A stretch of DNA of 64,000 nucleotides, from NCBI GenBank assembly GCA_965232515.1, contig CBDDPY010000002.1, forward strand, positions 6,048,001 to 6,112,000. Direction: 5' to 3'. Position 1 is the first letter of the stretch. The number at the start of each line of letters is the position of its first letter. Made by a program: the position numbers and the translations under genes. The notes beneath the pieces are model-generated. The model saw nothing but the letters and a program-made list of their open reading frames with translations, was not told the DNA's origin and made no database searches. This document shows, piece by piece, positions 57,877 to 64,000 of this stretch. Source of the stretch: Alphaproteobacteria bacterium (lineage in GTDB: Bacteria; Pseudomonadota; Alphaproteobacteria; GCA-2731375).

Positions 57877-59082
57877 TTAGTAGGAGCGTGGTAGGCCGAG
57901 CACGTGCTGGGCCACATAGGCCAGCACGAGGTTGGTCGAGATCGGCGCCGTCTTCATCAGCCGGCATTCACGCCATTTACGCTCGATGTCGTATTCGCGG
58001 GCGAAGGCGAAGCCGCCGAAAGTCTGCATGCAGGTCTCGGCCGCTTCCCAGGCGGCTTCGGACGCCAGCATCTTGGCGATGTTCGCGTCCTCGCCGCAGT
58101 CCTTGCCGTCGTCGAACAGTGCCGCGGCGCGGCGCACCATCATGTCGGCGGCGCGCACCTGGGCATAGGCGCGGGCGATAGGGAATTGGATGCCCTGGTT
58201 CTTGCCGATCGGTGCGCCGAATACCTCGCGTTCGTTGGCGTAGGCCACCGCCTTGTCGATGAACCAGCGGCCGTCGCCGAGCGCTTCCGAGGCGACCAGC
58301 ACGCGTTCGGCGTTCATGCCGTCGAGGATGTAGCGGAAGCCCTTGCCTTCCTCGCCGATCAGGTTCTCGGCCGGCACCCGCAGATTGTCGAAGAACACCT
58401 CGTTGGTGTTGTGGTTGATCATGGTCGGGATCGGGCGGATCTCGAGGCCGTTGTCCTTGCCCGCGTTGAGGTCGACAATGAACGTGGAGATGCCGTCGGT
58501 GCGGCGCTTGACCTGGTCGGCCGGCGTGGTGCGGGCGAGCAGCAGCATCAAGTCCGATTGCCTTGCCCGCGAGGTCCAGATCTTCTGGCCGTTGACCACG
58601 TAATGGTCGCCGTCGCGCACAGCCCGGGTCTTGAGCTGGGTGGTGTCGGTGCCGGTCGTGGGCTCGGAGACGCCGAATGCCTGGAGCCGGATCTCTCCGG
58701 AGGCGATGCCGGGCAGGTATTTGCGCTTCTGCGCGTCGCTGCCGTGCCTGAGCAGCGTCCCCATGATGTACATCTGGGCGTGGCAGGCGCCGGCGTTGCA
58801 GCCGTTGGCGTGGATCTCCTCCAGGATCACTGAGCCGGCGCGGATCGGCAGGCCGGAGCCGCCATATTCCTCCGGGATCAGGGCGCCGAGGTAGCCGGAC
58901 TGGGTCAGGGCCTGGACGAACTCCTCGGGATATTCCGACTTTTCGTCCTTCTCGCGCCAGTATTCGCCGGGGAATCCTTCGCAGATCCGGCGCACGCTGT
59001 CGCGGATATCGGCATAGTCCTCATCGACCGGGACCACCGTGACACTATCGGCGCCGTGCCCCGCATCCAATTCAGCAACCAT
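57877..59082 (-). CDS. Acyl-CoA dehydrogenase
   Basis: FGVSEPTTGTD, NGQKIWTS, QTFGGFAF, APISTN; start at MVAELD after GGAGGAAA. Confidence 0.92.
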   Translation of the reverse strand: MVAELDAGHGADSVTVVPVDEDYADIRDSVRRICEGFPGEYWREKDEKSEYPEEFVQALTQSGYLGALIPEEYGGSGLPIRAGSVILEEIHANGCNAGACHAQMYIMGTLLRHGSDAQKRKYLPGIASGEIRLQAFGVSEPTTGTDTTQLKTRAVRDGDHYVVNGQKIWTSRARQSDLMLLLARTTPADQVKRRTDGISTFIVDLNAGKDNGLEIRPIPTMINHNTNEVFFDNLRVPAENLIGEEGKGFRYILDGMNAERVLVASEALGDGRWFIDKAVAYANEREVFGAPIGKNQGIQFPIARAYAQVRAADMMVRRAAALFDDGKDCGEDANIAKMLASEAAWEAAETCMQTFGGFAFAREYDIERKWRECRLMKTAPISTNLVLAYVAQHVLGLPRSY

Positions 59083-59095
59083 CAGCTTTCCTCCC

Positions 59096-59890
59096 TCAGC
59101 GTCCGACGAAGCGGGGCTTGCGTTTCTCGTTGAAGGCGCGCACGCCCTCCATGCGGTCTTCCGTCGGCACCAGACGGTTATAGGCTTCGATCTCAATGCC
59201 GAGCGCCGTCGTCAGGTCCGTGCCCATGCCCAGGTTCATCGCGCGCTTGGCCTGGCGCACGGCCAGCGGCGCGTTGGCGCAGATCCGGCGGGCCACCTCC
59301 AGCACGCCGCCCATCAACGCATCCGGCGCATGGATCTCGTTCACCATGCCCCAGTCGTAGGCCTCCTGGGCGCTGAACGGACGGCCGGACAGGATCAGCT
59401 CCTTGGCGCGGCGGATGCCGACGGCGCGCGGTAGGTTTTGGGTACCGCCACTGCCGGGAATGATGCCGAGGGTGATTTCCGTCAGCGCGAAGCGCGCGGT
59501 TTCGGACGCGTGAATGAAGTCGCAGCCCAGCGCGAACTCGCAGCCGCCGCCGAAAGCGGCGCCGTTCACCGCGGCGATGATCGGCACCGGACAGTCCAGC
59601 ATGGTGTAGAAGGCCTGCTCGAACAGCACATGCTGCAGGCGCCAGGCCTCGTCGGTCATGCCGTCGCGTTCCTTCAGGTCGCCGCCGGCGCAGAACGCGC
59701 GGTCGCCGCTGCCGGTCAGGACGATGCAGCGCACGTCGCCGGGATCCAGCACCAGGCCGGTGAACAGGTCGTGCAGGTCGCGACCCATTTGCGTGTTGAG
59801 CGCATTGGCCGCCTGCGGCCGGTTGAAGGTAACGCGCAGCAGATGCGCTTCCGGCGTCTCGACCGTCAGTGTCTCGTAAGACTTAGTCAT
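59096..59890 (-). CDS. Enoyl-CoA hydratase/isomerase
   Basis: FCAGGDL, GGGCEFAL, TEITLGIIPG.GGTQ. Confidence 0.93.
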   Translation of the reverse strand: MTKSYETLTVETPEAHLLRVTFNRPQAANALNTQMGRDLHDLFTGLVLDPGDVRCIVLTGSGDRAFCAGGDLKERDGMTDEAWRLQHVLFEQAFYTMLDCPVPIIAAVNGAAFGGGCEFALGCDFIHASETARFALTEITLGIIPGSGGTQNLPRAVGIRRAKELILSGRPFSAQEAYDWGMVNEIHAPDALMGGVLEVARRICANAPLAVRQAKRAMNLGMGTDLTTALGIEIEAYNRLVPTEDRMEGVRAFNEKRKPRFVGR

Positions 59891-60896
59891 TGGTCAGCGG
59901 CACCCGGCCTTCGAGTGGATACGCAGGGTCATTGTAGCCGGGTGTCGAGGGATGACCGGCGGTGACCAGCTCGTCGACCAGCGCTTCGTCCTCGGCTGTG
60001 AATGCATAGTCGAGCGCGCCGACATAGTCGTCCCAGTGCGCTTCGGTGCGCGGGCCGACGATCGGCGCCGTAACGAGCGCATTGTTCAACACCCAGCAGA
60101 CGGCGAACTGGCCGGGCGTGACGCCACGGGCTTCGGCATGCTTGGCAATGGTCTGGGCGATCTCTAGCGATTCCTTGCGCCATTCGGTCTGCATCATGCG
60201 GGTGTCGCTACGGCCGGCGCGGGTGTCGTCGGGCGGCGGCGCGTCGGGATCGTATTTGCCGGTCAGCACGCCGCGCGCCAGCGGGCTGTAGGGCACGACG
60301 CCGAGGCCGTAGTAGGCGCAGGCCGGTAGCTGCTCGACCTCGGGCATGCGGTTCATGGCGTTGTAGTAGGGCTGACTGACCACCGGCCGGTCGATGCCCA
60401 ACCGGTCGCAGATGTTGCAGATCTCGGCGATGCGCCAGGAGCGGTAGTTGGAGACGCCGAAATAGCGGATCTTGCCCTGGCGGATCAGCTCGGCGAGCGC
60501 GCCGACGGTCTCCTCCAGCGGCGTGTCATGGTCTTCCTTATGCAGGTAGTAGATGTCGATATAGTCGGTGCCGAGCCGGCGCAAGCTGGCGTCACAGGCC
60601 TCGATCACCCATTTGCGCGACAGGCCGCCCTGATTGGGGCCATCGCCCATGGCGTTCGCCAGCTTGGTCGCCAGCACCCACCAGTCCCGTTGGTTGCCGA
60701 TCGCCCGGCCGGTAACTTCCTCCGAGCCGCCGCGGCTGTAGGCGTCGGCCGTGTCGATGAAGTTCACGCCGGCGTCGCGCGCCCTGGCGATGATGCGGCC
60801 ACTGGTCGGCTCGTCGGTCTGGCCGCCGAACATCATCGTGCCGAGGCAGAGCGGCGAGACCTTCAGCCCGCTGGCGCCGAGTTTGCGATACTCCAT
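59883..60896 (-). CDS. Aldo/keto reductase
   Basis: LGTMMFG, DTADAY, SLRRLGTDYIDIYYLH, YSPLARG. Confidence 0.94.
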   Translation of the reverse strand: MEYRKLGASGLKVSPLCLGTMMFGGQTDEPTSGRIIARARDAGVNFIDTADAYSRGGSEEVTGRAIGNQRDWWVLATKLANAMGDGPNQGGLSRKWVIEACDASLRRLGTDYIDIYYLHKEDHDTPLEETVGALAELIRQGKIRYFGVSNYRSWRIAEICNICDRLGIDRPVVSQPYYNAMNRMPEVEQLPACAYYGLGVVPYSPLARGVLTGKYDPDAPPPDDTRAGRSDTRMMQTEWRKESLEIAQTIAKHAEARGVTPGQFAVCWVLNNALVTAPIVGPRTEAHWDDYVGALDYAFTAEDEALVDELVTAGHPSTPGYNDPAYPLEGRVPLTND

Positions 60897-60945
60897 CCGT
60901 AATTCCTCCCTGACTTCGCCGCACAGCTTATACCAACGGCCAGGG

Positions 60946-62265
60946 CTAGAAATAGCTCGTGAACCCCAAGGCGGTTGGCAGCCAGAGGATGAGTTGTGGG
61001 AACAGGATCAGGAGCGCCAGGCGGAACAGGTCGGCCAGCAGAAACGGCACGATGCCGCGGAAGATGGTGCCGAGCGGCACCTGCGGCGCCATGCCGTGCA
61101 GCACGAAGACGTTCAGGCCGATCGGCGGCGTGATCATGCCGACCTCGATCAGCACGATCATCACCAGACCCCACCAGATCGGATCGTAGCCAAGGCCGAT
61201 GATCAGCGGGTAGACGAAGGGCAGTGTGATGACCATGCCGGCCGTTGTGTCGAAGACGCTGCCGAGGATGATGAACATCACCGCCAGGATGCCGATCACC
61301 ACGATGCCCGGCAGGTTCTGGGACTGGATCCACCCGACCAGCTCGCCCGGCGCGCCCGAGATGGTGACGAAATAGGACATGGTCGAGGCGCCGATGATGA
61401 TCAGGAAGATCATGCCGGTGGTGCCGGCGGTATCGCCTAGCACCTCGGTCAGCGTCTTGGCGCTGGTATGGCCGCCGAACAGGTAGAACAGGAAGGCCAG
61501 TCCGGCGCCGACGGCGGCGGCCTCCGACACCGTGAAGATGCCGCCATAGATGCCGCCGCTGACCGCGAAGGCCAGCGCGACGACGCGCCAGCTCTGGCGC
61601 GTGGCGGTGGCGCGCTGGCGCCATGCCGTCCGTTCCGCGGCCGGGCCGGCTTCCGGATTGATGCGCACATAGACCGAGATGGCGACCATGTAGACGGCGA
61701 CCGTCAGCACGCCCGGTACGATGGCGCCGGCGAACATCGCCAGCACCGACTGTTCGGTCAGCACGGCATAGAGCACCATCAGGATCGACGGTGGGATCAG
61801 CATGCCGAGCGAGCCGCCGCCGGCGATCGAGCCGGTCGCCAGCTGCGCGCTGTAGCGGCGCTGCAGCATCTCGGGCAGGGCGACGCGGGTCATCGTGGCC
61901 GCGGTGGCGATGGACGAGCCGCTGACCGCGCCGAAGCCGGCGCAGGCGCCGATGGTCGCCAGCGCCAGGCCGCCGCGGAAATGGCCGATAAAGGCCTGGG
62001 CCAATCGGTAGATATCGGTCGACATGCCGCTCGCCGTGGCGAAACCGCCCATCAGCAGGAACAGCGGAATCACGGCCAGTTCCAGGCTCGACAGCGCGCT
62101 GGTGGCCTCGGTCTTCAGGATGCTGAAGGCGAGGCCCATGTCGCCTTCCAGCAGGCCGAAGCAGATCAGACCGGTCGCCGTCATGGCGACGCCGACCGGC
62201 ACGTGGAGCGCAATCAGCGCGAACATGCCGACCAGCCCCAGGACGACGATCAGGATCGGATCCAT
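60946..62265 (-). CDS. dctM: TRAP transporter large permease
   Basis: IPLFLLMG, SGSS, LIPPS, GMITPPIGLNVF. Confidence 0.95.
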   Translation of the reverse strand: MDPILIVVLGLVGMFALIALHVPVGVAMTATGLICFGLLEGDMGLAFSILKTEATSALSSLELAVIPLFLLMGGFATASGMSTDIYRLAQAFIGHFRGGLALATIGACAGFGAVSGSSIATAATMTRVALPEMLQRRYSAQLATGSIAGGGSLGMLIPPSILMVLYAVLTEQSVLAMFAGAIVPGVLTVAVYMVAISVYVRINPEAGPAAERTAWRQRATATRQSWRVVALAFAVSGGIYGGIFTVSEAAAVGAGLAFLFYLFGGHTSAKTLTEVLGDTAGTTGMIFLIIIGASTMSYFVTISGAPGELVGWIQSQNLPGIVVIGILAVMFIILGSVFDTTAGMVITLPFVYPLIIGLGYDPIWWGLVMIVLIEVGMITPPIGLNVFVLHGMAPQVPLGTIFRGIVPFLLADLFRLALLILFPQLILWLPTALGFTSYF

Positions 62266-62299
62266 CAGACCGGCGCCTGGCCGATATTGCGGTCCGTCA

Positions 62300-62833
62300 T
62301 CAAAGGATCGACGCCTTCTCGCCGCCGTCGTTCAGCGACCGGCCCGACACGGCGGCCGCGATCTGGGCCAGCAGCACCAGTGCCTGCACGACCGCCGCTG
62401 CGGATGACAGCACGGCGGCCGCCCACCAGGTCGGCTGTAACGGCAGCGCGATGATGAAGGTGACCTGATTGCCGACCTCGCTGGCATGGATCATCAGCTG
62501 CCAGGCCACCGCGGCGATGAACACGAAGGTCAGGCTGTGGCCGAAGACCTCGAGCCAGGCCGCGGCGCGGGGTCCGAGCGCCTTGCCTACGAAGCGCACC
62601 GTAATGTTGGTGCGCAAGCCGAAGCTGGAGACGAAGCAGGCGGCGATGGCGACCGTAATCGTCAGGATGACGATGTCCTCGAGACCGTGGATCGGGCTCA
62701 GGAACAGCCAGCGCAGCAGCACGTCGAGCATGATCGCGAGCGAGATCAGCAGCAAGACGCACACCGCCAGCCAGGCGATGATGCGGCTTGCCTGCATAAC
62801 CTGCCGGTTCAGGCGGAACAGCGCCTCGGTCAT
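62300..62833 (-). CDS. dctQ: TRAP transporter small permease
   Basis: 4 TM helices, DVLLRW; between dctP and dctM. Confidence 0.88.
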   Translation of the reverse strand: MTEALFRLNRQVMQASRIIAWLAVCVLLLISLAIMLDVLLRWLFLSPIHGLEDIVILTITVAIAACFVSSFGLRTNITVRFVGKALGPRAAAWLEVFGHSLTFVFIAAVAWQLMIHASEVGNQVTFIIALPLQPTWWAAAVLSSAAAVVQALVLLAQIAAAVSGRSLNDGGEKASIL

Positions 62834-62851
62834 GGCGACGCGACCGTGGGG

Positions 62852-63862
62852 CTACTGGCTGGCGCGGACCTTGGCCAGTTCCTCTTCCATGGCGGCGAAC
62901 AGCGCCGGTCCGTTCGGATGCTTCGTCTTCCAGTCGTCGATGATCGGCGTCAGCCGTTCTTCCCAGCGACCACGTTCATCCGCCGACAGTTCGACGGTGG
63001 TGTTGCGTCCCGACGCGGCCGCGGCGTCGCGGGCCTGATCGCCCACGATGTTGTAGTTCTTGGCCATGCGCTCGGCGATCCAATCACCGGAATACTTGTC
63101 GATCACGGCCTGCAGGTTGGCCGGCAGCGAGTCGTACTTCTTCTTGTTCATGCCGACCATCAGCGGCGTGAAGCCCTGCGGGACGTTGACGTGATGGGTG
63201 ACCGTCGGGGTCACGCGGAACGTATTCATCGACTCCCAGCCAAGCAGCGTGCCGTCGATGACCCCGCGGCTCAGCGACTCGGCCGTTTGCGTGACCGGAA
63301 TGCCGCCGACCGGCGTGCCGCCCAGGGCCTCGATGATCTGCGACTGGATGCCCGTGGCGACGCGGATCTTCCTGCCCTTCAGGTCGTCGAGCGAGGCGTA
63401 GTCGAAGTTCATATGCGTGTTGTAGGCCGACGTCGTGCCGAGCCCGAGCACGTGCACCTTGTCATAGCCCCTGAGCAGGCCGCGCTCGTAGAGCCGCTGG
63501 TGTACCAGCGAGGCTTCGAGCGTCGATTCCATGACCAGCGGCAGCTCCATCAGCGAGTTGTCGGGAAACTCGCCGGGCGTGTAGCTCTGCACGATGAACG
63601 AGATGTCGGTGACCCCGTCCATCAGCAACTGCAGTTGCGCGCGCGGGTTGCGGCCCAGCGAGCCGCCGGGAAAGATCTGGATGACGACCTGCCCGTCGGT
63701 CTCCTCCTTGATCTTCTCCGCCATGGGAACGAACAGATTGCTGTGCGTCAGTGACTGCACCGGCAGAAAGTGTCCGAACTTCAGGCGATAGACCTTGTCG
63801 GCGAGCGCCGGGCCGGTCATCAGACCGGTCGCGACGGCGGCAAGAACGAGTTGCTTCAACAT
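62852..63862 (-). CDS. dctP: TRAP transporter periplasmic substrate-binding protein
   Basis: Signal peptide, FPGGSLG, DLKGRKIRV, GVIDG. Confidence 0.93.
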   Translation of the reverse strand: MLKQLVLAAVATGLMTGPALADKVYRLKFGHFLPVQSLTHSNLFVPMAEKIKEETDGQVVIQIFPGGSLGRNPRAQLQLLMDGVTDISFIVQSYTPGEFPDNSLMELPLVMESTLEASLVHQRLYERGLLRGYDKVHVLGLGTTSAYNTHMNFDYASLDDLKGRKIRVATGIQSQIIEALGGTPVGGIPVTQTAESLSRGVIDGTLLGWESMNTFRVTPTVTHHVNVPQGFTPLMVGMNKKKYDSLPANLQAVIDKYSGDWIAERMAKNYNIVGDQARDAAAASGRNTTVELSADERGRWEERLTPIIDDWKTKHPNGPALFAAMEEELAKVRASQ

Positions 63863-64000
63863 TGGCGACCTCCCAAGACGTGAAAGCGCCGGCTGTCGGC
63901 CGGCGCGGCGCTGAACATAGCGCCGGATTCACCCGGTCCGGGCGAATTAGCGTTTCTGGTTGGGAGTTAAACGCCCCGTGACGCCGACGCAAGCGGTTTT

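Overview
High-GC alphaproteobacterial chromosomal window, densely coding, with no rRNA, tRNA, CRISPR array, integrase or transposase. Core genes: recQ, prfC, galE, glnE, manC and a complete ccoNOQP-ccoGHIS cbb3 oxidase cluster preceded by a perfect FNR/FixK box and a RegA/RegR-type box. Accessory metabolism: a BadI/AliA/BadK/BadH/AliB-like alicyclic-acid CoA cluster, an mct-meh pair resembling the Chloroflexus 3-hydroxypropionate bicycle enzymes, an anchorless SdhA-like flavoprotein with a 2Fe-2S-only partner, and a TRAP transporter with CoA enzymes. Signalling: a PleC/DivJ-like kinase, a CHASE2 adenylate cyclase and a CtrA-box-preceded pentapeptide protein. There are four inverted REP dimers and one FAD oxidase split by a single in-frame TAG. 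The most unusual region is 700-2640. There, a stand-alone small transcription unit carries a 17-nt match to the complement of the 16S rRNA 3' end directly before a 32-codon ORF. It converges on a three-gene operon: a signal-less M15A peptidoglycan peptidase, a helical lipoprotein and a small helical protein. All family assignments come from motif recognition by eye; no database searches were run.
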